Source of the DNA: Jatrophihabitans sp.
GTDB lineage: Bacteria > Actinomycetota > Actinomycetes > Mycobacteriales > Jatrophihabitantaceae
Direction of reading: 5' to 3'
DNA: 64,000 nt
Assembly (NCBI GenBank): GCA_025924515.1
Contig: JAICIE010000004.1
Coordinates: forward strand, 1,228-65,227
Every line of letters starts with the position of its first letter. Position 1 is the stretch's first letter. Below the pieces are notes generated by a model. It was not told where the DNA came from, made no database searches, and saw only the letters and a list, made by a program, of their open reading frames with translations. Positions 8,663 through 17,939 of this stretch are shown here, piece after piece. Position numbers and translations under genes: made by a program.

Positions 8663-11037
8663 CCGGTTTCCTTCGAACGACGCAGCTCCCAGAGTTCGCT
8701 GGGAGAAATCGGCATGCTCGTGAGCACAATGCCTTCCGCGTCCTCGATCGCCGACGCGATCGCGGCGGCACCCGGAATCACTCCCGCCTCCCCGGCTCCC
8801 TTGATGCCGAGCGGATTCATGGGGGAGGGAGTTTCGAGGTGGTCGATCTCGACGGAGGACGGAACCTCACTGGCATAGGGCATCAAAAAGTCCATGAATG
8901 ACGCATTCTGCAGCTGACCGGCATCGTCATAAGCCATCCGCTCGTACAAGGCACCGGCCACGCCCTGGGCGACGCCGCCGTGTATCTGTCCCTCGACGAT
9001 GCGCGGGTTGATCAGCGTGCCGCAGTCGTGCACCACGCAATAGCGCAGGATTTTAACCTCGGCGGTGTCAGGATCGGTCTCGACCACCACCGCATGCATA
9101 CCGTTGGCGAAGGTCGACTGCATCGGCGAGAAATAGTCCCGGCCCTCGAGCCCGGGCTCGTCGTCCTCGGGCACCGGCGGTTTCGCCGGGTCACCGCTCG
9201 CGAACTGCGTGGCTGCCTGCGCGGCGGTGTCGAACGCGTAGCGAAGCGGGTTGGAGAGCACGGCGACGGTGCCGAGCGAGATCTCAGCGCCGGGCGCGCC
9301 GACGACGCGAACGACCCCGTCGACGATCTCGAGGTCGTCGGGGTTCGCCTCGAGAGCGTCGCCGGCCACCCGGAGCGCCTTCTCCTTCGCGGCCCGGGCG
9401 GCGAGAGCGATCGCCGAGCCGCTCATCACCGCGGCTCGGGAGGCGAACGTGCCGACCGCGTAACCGAATCGGCGGGTGTCACCGGTGACCACCTCGACGT
9501 CGTCGAGCGGAACGCCGAGTTCGTCGGCCACGATCTGCGCGAAGACGGTCTGGTGACCTTGTCCTTGCGACGTCAGTCCCGTGGCAACCTTCACCTTCCC
9601 GGACGTTTCGATGACGACGTGGCCGCCCTCGTAGGGGCCCACCCCGGTGCCCTCGACATAACAGGCCAACCCGATCCCGATTCGACGGCCCTCGGCCCGG
9701 GCCGTCTCGCGCGCCTGCTCGAAATCATCCCAGCCGACGAGCTGCTTCAGCTTCGCCAAGGACGCGGGGAAGTCCCCGGAGTCGTAGATCAGCGGCCGGC
9801 CGTCCTGGAACACGAGGCCGTGGTCGTAGGGCATTTCGTGTGGTTCGATGAAGTTGCGTTCCCGCACGGTGGTGCGGTCGAGGCCGAGCTCGCGGGCGAT
9901 GGCGTCCATGACGCGCTCCATCACGAACACGCCCTGAGGACGGCCGGCCCCGCGGTAGGGGGTGACGATCACCGTGTTCGTGTAGAGCGAGTCGAAGGTG
10001 ACTCGGTATGCGCCCGGCTTGTACGGGCCGAGCAGCTGCGTCGACGTGATGATCGGCACGATCAGTCCGTACGGGATGAAGGCGCCGTGGTCGTGCCAGA
10101 AACGCACATCGAGCCCGAGCAGTCGCCCGTCGTCGTCGAAACCGACCCGCACCGAGTGCAGCTGGCCGCGTTCGTGGGCGCTGGCGACGAAGTGCTCCCG
10201 GCGATCTTCGACGAACTTGACGGGGCGGGCGAGCAGGCGTGCCGCCCAGGGCACGAGCACCTCCTCCGGCCACGGATGCATGATCTTGACTCCGAACCCG
10301 CCGCCGACGTCGGGGGTGATCACGTCGACGTCGACCAATGGGAGGTCGAGCTTGGCCGCGACCGCAGCGCGCACCCCGGTCGACGTCTGCGTCGACGACC
10401 AGATCCGCATGCGGCGCGCTTCGGCGTCCCAGCGCGCCAGCACGCCGCGTCCCTCCAACGGGGTCGACGCGGAGCGCTCGATGGCCAGGTCGAGGGACAG
10501 GACGTGCGGCGCGGCGGCCAGCGCCGCGTCGACGTCACCTGTCGATTGCGTCATCCGGGCGGCCAGATTGCCCGGAACGTCCTCGTGCACCAAGTGCGCG
10601 GCGGCACGCGCCGCGGCGATGCCGACGACGGCCGGCAGCGGCTCGTACCGGACGGCGATGCGTTCGGCGGCGTCCTCGGCGAGGTAGCGGTCCTCGGCGA
10701 CGACCATGGCGACCGGCGCGCCGACGTGGTGCACCTTGTCCCGGGCGAGCGCGTACGGGGTGCGCCCGTGCGTCAGGGTGGGGTGCGGGATGAGCAGTGG
10801 CAACGGCTCGGCGAGCCGGTCCGGGAGGTCGTCGTAGGTGTAGATGGCCACCAAGCCTTCGACGTCGAGCGCCGCGCTGACGTCGACGTCGGTGATCCGC
10901 GCGTGGGCGTGCGGGCTGCGGACGAACGCCGCTGCGAGCGCGTCGTGACCGAGGTCGTCGAGGTAGGCACCGGCACCGCGCAGCAGCCGCTCGTCCTCGA
11001 CTCGGGGGATCGGCTGGCCGAACCAGCGGGTGCTCAT
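8659..11037 (-). CDS. Molybdopterin-binding large subunit of a xanthine dehydrogenase/CoxL-family hydroxylase (form-II type, AYRGAGR-like active-site loop)
   Basis: ORF 8659..11385 trimmed to ATG 11037 (MSTRWFGQPIPRVEDERLLRGAGAYLDDL). Contains VTPYRGAGRPQG rather than the CO-dehydrogenase AYXCSFR signature. About 792 aa. Confidence 0.85.
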   Translation of the reverse strand: MSTRWFGQPIPRVEDERLLRGAGAYLDDLGHDALAAAFVRSPHAHARITDVDVSAALDVEGLVAIYTYDDLPDRLAEPLPLLIPHPTLTHGRTPYALARDKVHHVGAPVAMVVAEDRYLAEDAAERIAVRYEPLPAVVGIAAARAAAHLVHEDVPGNLAARMTQSTGDVDAALAAAPHVLSLDLAIERSASTPLEGRGVLARWDAEARRMRIWSSTQTSTGVRAAVAAKLDLPLVDVDVITPDVGGGFGVKIMHPWPEEVLVPWAARLLARPVKFVEDRREHFVASAHERGQLHSVRVGFDDDGRLLGLDVRFWHDHGAFIPYGLIVPIITSTQLLGPYKPGAYRVTFDSLYTNTVIVTPYRGAGRPQGVFVMERVMDAIARELGLDRTTVRERNFIEPHEMPYDHGLVFQDGRPLIYDSGDFPASLAKLKQLVGWDDFEQARETARAEGRRIGIGLACYVEGTGVGPYEGGHVVIETSGKVKVATGLTSQGQGHQTVFAQIVADELGVPLDDVEVVTGDTRRFGYAVGTFASRAAVMSGSAIALAARAAKEKALRVAGDALEANPDDLEIVDGVVRVVGAPGAEISLGTVAVLSNPLRYAFDTAAQAATQFASGDPAKPPVPEDDEPGLEGRDYFSPMQSTFANGMHAVVVETDPDTAEVKILRYCVVHDCGTLINPRIVEGQIHGGVAQGVAGALYERMAYDDAGQLQNASFMDFLMPYASEVPSSVEIDHLETPSPMNPLGIKGAGEAGVIPGAAAIASAIEDAEGIVLTSMPISPSELWELRRSKETG

Positions 11038-11510
11038 CGCGCCAACTCGGCGGCGCGCAGCACGGCGCGCACGATGTTCTGATAGCCGGTGCAGCGGCAG
11101 AGGTTCCCGCCGATCATGTCCCGCGCCTGCTGCTCGTCGGGATCGGGGTTGTCGCGCAGCCCCGCGGTCACGGTCGTCAGGAATCCTGGGGTACAGAAGC
11201 CGCACTGCAGGCCGTGGCAGTCGCGGAAAGCCTGCTGGACGGCAGACAGCGCGCCGTCGGGCTCGGCGAGGCCTTCGACGGTGGTGATGTCGTTGCCCTC
11301 GACCGACACCGCCAACAGCAGGCAGGACCGCATCGGGAGCCCGTCGACCAGGACCGTGCACGCCCCGCACACCCCGTGTTCGCAACCGACGTGGGTGCCG
11401 GTCAGCCGCAGGTCGTGGCGCAGGCAGTCGCTGAGCAGCCGCCGGGCGGGGATGGACAACGGGCGGGGCACGCCGTTCACGGTCAGCACCACGTCGATCA
11501 GTTCGCTCAT
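11034..11510 (-). CDS. [2Fe-2S]-binding small subunit (CoxS-like) of the hydroxylase
   Basis: ORF 11034..11786 trimmed to ATG 11510. Cys clusters: GCEHGVCGACTV and CGFCTPGF...CRCTGY. 158 aa. ATGA overlaps on both sides. Confidence 0.9.
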   Translation of the reverse strand: MSELIDVVLTVNGVPRPLSIPARRLLSDCLRHDLRLTGTHVGCEHGVCGACTVLVDGLPMRSCLLLAVSVEGNDITTVEGLAEPDGALSAVQQAFRDCHGLQCGFCTPGFLTTVTAGLRDNPDPDEQQARDMIGGNLCRCTGYQNIVRAVLRAAELAR

Positions 11511-12370
11511 GCAGCCGCCGCCCCCGAGGCCCTGGCCGCCGCGAGAGCCTGCGTGAGCGCCCGCTCGGTGAGCACTCCGGCCAGAGCGCGTCGATAGTCG
11601 GCGCTTGCGTGCAGGTCCGCCTCCGGCTGCACCTGCGCCCGCGCCGCCTCGCCGGCGGCGCGCGGGTCTGCGGCCTGGTCGGTCAGTTCGAGAACGAGCG
11701 GGGTCGGGGCGACGGAGAGGTAGGCGCAGCGCGCGGCCGCCACCGCGCCGTCGTCCTTCAGTCGGACGAAAGCGGCCACGCCGCAAACCGCGTAGTCCCC
11801 GGCACGGCGTGACACCTCGACGAACGCGGTACCGCTGGAAGGCGGGAGAACCGGCAGCGCCGCCTCCACCGCAAGCTCGTCATCGCGAACGTCCGACTCC
11901 AGCGGGCCGAGGAAGAGCTCCCCGGCGGTCACGTTGCGTTCGCCTCGCGAGGACCGGACGCGCAGGCTGCCGCCGAGCAGCGCCAGCACCGCGGTCATCT
12001 CGCCCGCGGGGTCGGCGTGGACGATGCTGCCGACCGTGGTGCCGCGATTCCGGATCGTCGCGTGGGCCACCAGGCGCAACGCCTGCCGCAGCAGCGGCTG
12101 CGCCGCGCCGGCGGCCGGGTCGGCCAGCACGCGGGCGTGCCGGGCCAACGCGCCGATCCGCACGACGTCGCCGTCGACGCGCACGTAGTCGAGCTCGCGC
12201 AGCCGGTTGATGTCGACCAGCGCGGACGGATGCGCCAACCGCATGGACACGAGCGGGATGAGGGACTGGCCGCCCGCGAGAACTTTCGCCCCGCTGCCCA
12301 GCGTCCCGAGCACCTCGACCGCGCTGTCGACCTGCTCGGGACGCCGGTAGTCGAACGGGGCCGGCTTCAC
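11507..12370 (-). CDS. FAD-binding medium subunit (CoxM-like) of the hydroxylase
   Basis: MKPAPFDYRRPEQVDSAVEVL...AKVLAGGQSLIPLVSMRL; 287 aa. The GTGA start overlaps the permease stop. Confidence 0.85.
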   Translation of the reverse strand: MKPAPFDYRRPEQVDSAVEVLGTLGSGAKVLAGGQSLIPLVSMRLAHPSALVDINRLRELDYVRVDGDVVRIGALARHARVLADPAAGAAQPLLRQALRLVAHATIRNRGTTVGSIVHADPAGEMTAVLALLGGSLRVRSSRGERNVTAGELFLGPLESDVRDDELAVEAALPVLPPSSGTAFVEVSRRAGDYAVCGVAAFVRLKDDGAVAAARCAYLSVAPTPLVLELTDQAADPRAAGEAARAQVQPEADLHASADYRRALAGVLTERALTQALAAARASGAAAA

Positions 12371-13860
12371 AGGCGTCTCGTCGTCTCTGGGGGCGTCGTC
12401 TCGGCGAACGGCGACACCTCGCCGTCGGGGGTCTCGACGTTACCGGTCGAGAGCATCGTGCCGCCCTCGTACGCGCGGCCACGGATCTGCGGTTCCCGTA
12501 GCTCCGGCGGGGCAAGCCAACGCATCGCGTGATAGGCGATAAGGACGACGATCGTGCCGAGGGCGATGCCGCCGATGGAGAAGTTGTCCGTGAACTTCAA
12601 GGTCACGCCGCCGATGCCTGCGATGATCCCGGCCGCCAGCGGCACGAGGTTCACCGGGTTGGCGAAGTCGACGCGGTTCTCCACCCAGATCTTCACACCG
12701 AGCAGCCCGATCATCCCGTAGAGGATCACAGTGATGCCGCCGAGTACGCCGCCCGGAGTGCCGTCGACGATGGCGCCGAACTTCGGGCAGAACCCGAGCA
12801 GGATGGCGACGAGCGCGGCAACGTAGTAGGCCGCCGTCGAGTAGATGCGGGTGGCCGCCATGACCCCGATGTTCTCGGCGTAGGTGGTAGTCGGGGATCC
12901 GCCCACGACCGATGCGATCACCGTGCCCACGCCGTCGCCGATGAATGCCCGGCCGAGGGAGGGGTTGAGGTCCTCCCCGGTCATCTCGGAGACCGCTTTC
13001 ACGTGGCCGGCATTCTCCGCCAGCAGCGCGATGACGCTGGGCAGCACCAGCAGGATGAATGCGCCGGAGAAGCTTGGCAGGTGCCAGCCCACGACGGCGT
13101 CCTTGCCGGCATGGGAAAAGGTCGATCGGGCAGGGAAGCCGATCCAGTCCGCCGCTCGGACGCCCGACCAGTTCACCCGGTCGTGCAGCACCGGTTTCGG
13201 CCCGGTGGGCAGCACCGAGTTGATCTTCCCGAAGATGTGGTCGAACGCCCACGAGATCAGGTAGCCGAAGAGAAGTCCCAGGAAGATGGCGATCCGTGAC
13301 CAGAAGCCGCGGAACAGCACCGCTGCGCAGATGACGAACGCCATCGTGAGCAGCGCTACCCACTGGTCCTGCGGCCAATAGGTGTTGGCAACGACCGGCG
13401 CGAGGTTGAAACCGATCAGCAGCACCACGGCGCCGGTGACGGCTGGCGGCAGAACCTTCTGGACAATCTCGCCCCCGAGGAAATGCACGACGACGCCGAC
13501 AACTGCGAGGACCAGACCGGCAATGAGGATGGCGCCGGTGACGTCCTTCGAGTTGCCGCCCTGAGCCCGGATGGCGGTCACCGCCGCGACGAACGACGCC
13601 GATGTGCCGAGATAGGACGGGATCCTGCCGTTGACGATCAGCAGGAAGAGGATCGTCGCCACCCCGGACATCATCACCGCGAGGTTGGGGTTGAGGCCCA
13701 TGATGACCGGGAACACGAACGTCGCGCCGAACATGGCGACGACGTGCTGGGCGCCCAGGCCGATCGTCTTTCCCCAGGACAACCGTTCGCCCGGACCGAC
13801 GACCTCTCCCGGTGGGGGCGTCCTGCCTCCGTACACCAACCTCCAGCCGAATGCCGACAT
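12367..13860 (-). CDS. NCS2-family nucleobase:cation symporter (uracil/xanthine permease-like)
   Basis: ORF 12367..13956 trimmed to ATG 13860. GLGAQHVVAMFGATFVFPVIMG and ENIGVMAATRIYS motifs, with multiple TM segments. Confidence 0.85.
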   Translation of the reverse strand: MSAFGWRLVYGGRTPPPGEVVGPGERLSWGKTIGLGAQHVVAMFGATFVFPVIMGLNPNLAVMMSGVATILFLLIVNGRIPSYLGTSASFVAAVTAIRAQGGNSKDVTGAILIAGLVLAVVGVVVHFLGGEIVQKVLPPAVTGAVVLLIGFNLAPVVANTYWPQDQWVALLTMAFVICAAVLFRGFWSRIAIFLGLLFGYLISWAFDHIFGKINSVLPTGPKPVLHDRVNWSGVRAADWIGFPARSTFSHAGKDAVVGWHLPSFSGAFILLVLPSVIALLAENAGHVKAVSEMTGEDLNPSLGRAFIGDGVGTVIASVVGGSPTTTYAENIGVMAATRIYSTAAYYVAALVAILLGFCPKFGAIVDGTPGGVLGGITVILYGMIGLLGVKIWVENRVDFANPVNLVPLAAGIIAGIGGVTLKFTDNFSIGGIALGTIVVLIAYHAMRWLAPPELREPQIRGRAYEGGTMLSTGNVETPDGEVSPFAETTPPETTRRL

Positions 13861-14002
13861 CGTCTGCCGCTCCCTTCGCCGCGAGGACGGGCCGTGCCCG
13901 TCAGCGCAGGAGTGTCCGCCGCGCGCGGGATAGAGAACGGTAGGACCGCCGATCAAGCGGGTTCATTGTGGAGTTTTGACGAAGGACCGCCGCGTCCTTC
14001 GG

Positions 14003-15697
14003 TCACAAACCGCGCATTTGCAGCACCCGGAGCGCGAGAGCGATGTCCAGGCGCAGGTCGGGGTTCGTCATGAACTGCCCGACGATCGACTCGAGTTTGC
14101 CGATGCGGTAGCGCAGCGTGTTGTAGTGGAAGTGCAGGATCCGGGCCGTCTCGGCGACATTGCAGTTCGTGTCGATCAGCACCTGCAGCGTGCGCCGGAG
14201 ATCGGTCGACTCAGGCCGATCGGTCCCGAGCGACCCGAGCACCTCGGCGGCGAACGAGCGCAGCTCCTCGCTGTCGGTGACCAGGGACAGCAGCCGATGG
14301 ACGCCGAGGCTGTCGAAGTGCGCGATGGCTCCGCGCCCACGCGTCCGCCGGCCCACGACGAGCGCTTTGCGGGCCTGGTCGTACGCGGCCGGCAGGCCGT
14401 CCGGTGATCGGACGACCCGGCTGACTCCGGCGGAGAAGGAACGCCGGCCGCCGCCGCGATCTCCGGTCACCGCGGCGACAAGCTCTGCCACCGTGGCCTG
14501 GGCGGCCGCCTCGGTGGCAGGAACCACCGCCACGATCTCCTGGCTGATCCCCACCACCGGAACAGCCCGGTCGCGGGCCGCGACCACCTGCTGCCACGCC
14601 GAGGTGAGCCGATCGTGGGGCGTGCGTCCGGTGAGCGGAGAGCCGTCGTCGAGATCGTCGAGTTGCGCGACCAGGACGACCAGAGGCCGGCGGATGTCCC
14701 AACCAAGCGCCGCGCAGTGGGCGGCGACCTGGTCGGGGGGTCCGGCCGTCTCGGTGAGCGCGTCGCGCAGGAAGTCGCCGCGGAACTTCGACTCGACGGC
14801 GGCGACGGCCAACTCCTTGGTGATCGCCAGCGCCGCGACGGTGCCGGCGCGGTCAAGTGACTGCACGGCGGCCGTGCCGAGTCCGCCGACGGGGGCGTAG
14901 GCGACGATGCGGCCGTGCTCGGTGCGTCCGGCGCCGATGTCCACGACGAGCAACTGTCCGTCGGCGCCCGGGATCGACTGCACCCCCGGCCGGACGCGCT
15001 CCACCAAGAACCGCCCGGAGGGGTCGAACAACTGCAGGGCGTCGAACGCCGCCAGGTCGTCGGAGGCACCCGCGGTCGCCCTGACCCGCCCGTCCGGGGT
15101 ACAGACGAGGACGGCCGCGGCGAGCGCCCGGGCGACCTCGTCGGCGATCTGCGGCAGCCCACCACCGTCGAGCACGACCGTCGTGAGGGCGCGGTGCAGC
15201 CGGTCGGCGGCGTCGAGCGCGACCGCCTGCCGGTCGGCGAGCGCGGTGAAAACCTCGCTCATGACCTCGCCGAAGCCGACGTCGGCCGGAAGGCAGAGCA
15301 CCGGGAAGCCGAGCTCGTCGGCCGCGGCGAGCATGGCGAACGGGAGCGTGTCGAGATAGCGGCCCGGTTTCACGCCGAGCGCGGCAACCCCGCGGGCCAC
15401 GAGGGCCCGGACGAACCCGACCAGATCGTCCTCGTCGAAGGGGCGTCCGGTGTCCGGATGGCGCAGCAGGTAACCGGCAACCAGCAGCAACTCGTCCGGC
15501 TCGACCTCCGGCAGCTCGTCCGGAACCTCGATGAGGTTCACCCGAGAGATCGATCCGTCGAGCCCGGCCCGGCCCGCGGCGACCTCCGCGCTCCGCATGC
15601 TCGGCAGCCCGACGAGGTCGCGAACGGTGATGCGGTATTCCCCCGACGCTGGCAAGTCCTGACGGCGCGCGCGGCGAGCGTTGGCAACACCTTCCAT
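14003..15697 (-). CDS. PucR/CdaR-family transcriptional regulator (purine catabolism regulator-like)
   Basis: ORF 14003..16048. The N-terminal 117 codons are Arg/Pro-rich junk, so I trimmed to ATG 15697 (MEGVANARR...ITVRDLVGLPSM...). C-terminal PucR HTH: CNVAETARILHFHYNTLRYRIGKLE. The exact start is uncertain. Confidence 0.75.
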   Translation of the reverse strand: MEGVANARRARRQDLPASGEYRITVRDLVGLPSMRSAEVAAGRAGLDGSISRVNLIEVPDELPEVEPDELLLVAGYLLRHPDTGRPFDEDDLVGFVRALVARGVAALGVKPGRYLDTLPFAMLAAADELGFPVLCLPADVGFGEVMSEVFTALADRQAVALDAADRLHRALTTVVLDGGGLPQIADEVARALAAAVLVCTPDGRVRATAGASDDLAAFDALQLFDPSGRFLVERVRPGVQSIPGADGQLLVVDIGAGRTEHGRIVAYAPVGGLGTAAVQSLDRAGTVAALAITKELAVAAVESKFRGDFLRDALTETAGPPDQVAAHCAALGWDIRRPLVVLVAQLDDLDDGSPLTGRTPHDRLTSAWQQVVAARDRAVPVVGISQEIVAVVPATEAAAQATVAELVAAVTGDRGGGRRSFSAGVSRVVRSPDGLPAAYDQARKALVVGRRTRGRGAIAHFDSLGVHRLLSLVTDSEELRSFAAEVLGSLGTDRPESTDLRRTLQVLIDTNCNVAETARILHFHYNTLRYRIGKLESIVGQFMTNPDLRLDIALALRVLQMRGL

Positions 15698-15735
15698 GCG
15701 AGGACGGTACGCGGGATCGGGTACGGTCCGGGATC

Positions 15736-16455
15736 GTGGAGCTGGACGCGTCCTGCAGCGTCCTCGCCGCCCCGCTTCTCGACGGTCCGGTGCGGCAACT
15801 GCCCGTGCTCGGCGCTGGGCCCGCGGCGCTGTATCTCGACGCCGGCGCCAGCGTGGTGGCCGTCCTCTCGGATCACGCGGTGCAACTCCCCCGTTCGGTG
15901 CGCGTCGCGACCGCCTCGCTGACCGGACTCCGGCCGGACGCGTCGGTGCGCGTCGGCGACGGCGCACTCTCCTGGCTCTCGGGGGGCCGAGCGGTCCGGG
16001 TGCGGGTGGTGCGGCGCTGGTTGCCCGGGCGCGTGCCCTCGGTGGCACCCCGGGGCGAGCGGGTGCGCGAACTGACGGCGGCCGTGGCCGTTCCCGCGGT
16101 CGAGGTCGCCGAGCTACTCGGGCGCGGCCCGGGGCTGACGCCGAGCGGTGACGACGTCCTGGCCGGACACCTGCTCGGCTGCCGAGCGTTCGGGATCGCC
16201 GGCGAGCCGCTGCGCCGCTCGGTCCTCGCGCTGGCCACCACCCGCACGACGGCGTTGTCCGCGGACCTGCTGCGGCTGGCGGCTGAGGGCTGGTGCATTC
16301 CCCAAGCCGCCGCGATCATCGCGGCACTCGGCCGGGAGCGTCCGGATCCGACGGCCCTGCAGGCGTTGATCGGCGTCGGGTCGTCCTCGGGCTCCGCCCT
16401 GGCCGCGGGGATAGCTGCCGCTGCCGCGCAGGTCGTTCTGGGCGCGGCCGCATGA
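15736..16455 (+). CDS. DUF2877 protein (E. coli YlbF/AllH-like)
   Basis: 239 aa with the family-typical GRGPGLTPSGDDVLAG motif. ATGA overlap with the fdrA-like start. Confidence 0.7.
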   Translation: MELDASCSVLAAPLLDGPVRQLPVLGAGPAALYLDAGASVVAVLSDHAVQLPRSVRVATASLTGLRPDASVRVGDGALSWLSGGRAVRVRVVRRWLPGRVPSVAPRGERVRELTAAVAVPAVEVAELLGRGPGLTPSGDDVLAGHLLGCRAFGIAGEPLRRSVLALATTRTTALSADLLRLAAEGWCIPQAAAIIAALGRERPDPTALQALIGVGSSSGSALAAGIAAAAAQVVLGAAA

Positions 16456-17939
16456 GCGCGGCCGGCGGTCCGGACGTCGAGTACGTCGAGGCGCGCCGCG
16501 GCGCCTACGCGGACTCGGTCACTCTGCTGCAGGTGACCCGGCGGGTGGCGGACACCCCCGGAGTGCGCGGCGCGCTGGTGGCCATGGCAACCGACCTCAA
16601 CCTCGACCTGGCGCGCGGGATGGGTTTCTCCGTTCCGGAGTCCGCGGGACCCAACGACCTTCTCATCGCGGTTCGAGCGGAGGACGAGGCGGCGCTGGCA
16701 GCGGCGAAGGACGCGGTACTCGCGGCGCTCACCGCGCCCGCCGGCGCGACGGCGGCCCCGACGGATGTCCCGCCCGCGACGACGGCATCCGCGCTGCGCC
16801 GCGAACCGGCCGACCTCGTCCTGGTGTCGGTCCCGGGCCCCTCCGCGTTCGCGGAAGCGGCCGACGCACTCGACGCCGGCTGCGACGTCATGATCTTCAG
16901 CGACAACGTCCCGGTGGAACAGGAGGTCGCGCTCAAGCGCCGTGCGCTGTCCGAGGGACGGCTGGTCATGGGTCCGGACTGCGGCACCGCGGTCGTCGGC
17001 GGGATCGGCCTGGGTTTCGCCAACGCGGTCGGCCCGGGCCCGGTGGGGCTGGTGGCCGCGTCCGGAACGGGCGCTCAGCAACTGATGTCCCTGCTCGACG
17101 AGGCGGGCGTCGGGATCAGCGCGTGTCTCGGCGTCGGCGGACGCGACCTCTCCGCGGCGGTCGGCGGGTTGGCGACGGTGTCCGCCCTCGATCTCCTCGA
17201 CGCCGACCCGGCCACCGAGCTGGTCGTGGTGGTGTCGAAGCCGCCGGCGCAAGAGGTCGCCGACCGGGTGCGCGAGCATGCGGACCGGTTGCGGACGCCG
17301 GTCGTCCTGGGGTTGCTCGGCGAGGGGCAGCCCGACCTCACCGCGCTCGCCGCGTCGGTGCTGCAGCGCCTCGATCGGCCCGCGCCGGAGTGGCCGCGGT
17401 GGACGCCGCGGTCGGTCGCTGACCCGCGCCCGGGCTCGCTGCGCGGCCTCTACTCCGGGGGCACGCTCTGTGACGAGGCGATGCTGCTGGCCGCCGGGTC
17501 GCTCGGCCGCGTCCTCTCGAACATCCCGCTGCGTCCCGACTGGCGGTTGGACCGCACCCTGCGTTCGCCAGGTAACCTGATGATCGACTTCGGAGACGAC
17601 GACCTCACCCGGGGGCGCCCGCACCCGATGATCGACGGGTCCCTGCGCGCCGAGCGCCTCCTGGCCGAGGCCGACGACCCCACCGCGGCGGTGGCTCTAC
17701 TGGACGTCGTCCTGGGGTACGGCGCCGCCGCCGATCCGGCCGCCGACGTGGCCGCTGCGATCGCGAAGGCATGCGCGGCCGGGCTTCGGGTGCTCGTTGC
17801 GCTGGTCGGCACGGCCGGCGATCCGCAGAACCGGGAGGAGCAGGCCGGGCGGCTCGTCGACGCGGGGGCGGAGGTTTTCGCGTCGAACGCGCAGGCTGCC
17901 CGCGCGGCCGTCAGCCTCGTCGCGGGAGCCCGGGAATGA
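16452..17939 (+). CDS. FdrA-family protein (acyl-CoA synthetase/succinyl-CoA synthetase-alpha-like; E. coli FdrA/AllF-like)
   Basis: ORF 16293..17939 trimmed to ATG 16452. Strong resemblance to FdrA as I recall it: DSVTLLQV, VMIFSDNVPVEQEVALK, LVMGPDCGTAV, ASGTGAQQL, GVGGRDLS, VSKPP, GRPHPMID. Confidence 0.8.
   Translation: MSAAGGPDVEYVEARRGAYADSVTLLQVTRRVADTPGVRGALVAMATDLNLDLARGMGFSVPESAGPNDLLIAVRAEDEAALAAAKDAVLAALTAPAGATAAPTDVPPATTASALRREPADLVLVSVPGPSAFAEAADALDAGCDVMIFSDNVPVEQEVALKRRALSEGRLVMGPDCGTAVVGGIGLGFANAVGPGPVGLVAASGTGAQQLMSLLDEAGVGISACLGVGGRDLSAAVGGLATVSALDLLDADPATELVVVVSKPPAQEVADRVREHADRLRTPVVLGLLGEGQPDLTALAASVLQRLDRPAPEWPRWTPRSVADPRPGSLRGLYSGGTLCDEAMLLAAGSLGRVLSNIPLRPDWRLDRTLRSPGNLMIDFGDDDLTRGRPHPMIDGSLRAERLLAEADDPTAAVALLDVVLGYGAAADPAADVAAAIAKACAAGLRVLVALVGTAGDPQNREEQAGRLVDAGAEVFASNAQAARAAVSLVAGARE

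Noticed and set aside
8659-11385. The long N-terminal extensions offered by the ORF track for CoxL, and likewise for CoxS 11034..11786, HyuB 4087..6129, CoA-transferase 2927..4297, PucR 14003..16048, ParB 53981..55291, yidC 57237..58424, yidD 58312..58896, rnpA 58620..59375, ilvE 37576..39402, FdrA 16293..17939 and others.
   Set aside because: The extensions are Arg/Pro-rich and overlap the upstream gene. Internal ATG/GTG codons align with conserved family N-termini and create canonical ATGA/GTGA coupling with the preceding stop.
8659-12370. Calling the CoxL/S/M genes an aerobic carbon monoxide dehydrogenase.
   Set aside because: The large subunit has the form-II AYRGAGR-type loop (PYRGAGR) instead of the Mo-Cu CODH AYXCSFR motif. 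No coxD/E/F accessory genes are present. The operon begins with a nucleobase permease.
12990-13010. A second parS site in the permease gene (GCTTTCACGTGGCC).
   Set aside because: Only one half-site (TTTCACGTG) matches. The other arm is unrelated.
13980-14001. The hairpin CGAAGGAC-N6-GTCCTTCG just downstream of the PucR stop as an intrinsic terminator insulating the regulator from the operon.
   Set aside because: The stem is only 8 bp. On the transcribed (minus) strand it is followed by an A-tract rather than a U-tract. It may still be functional, but I cannot support the call.
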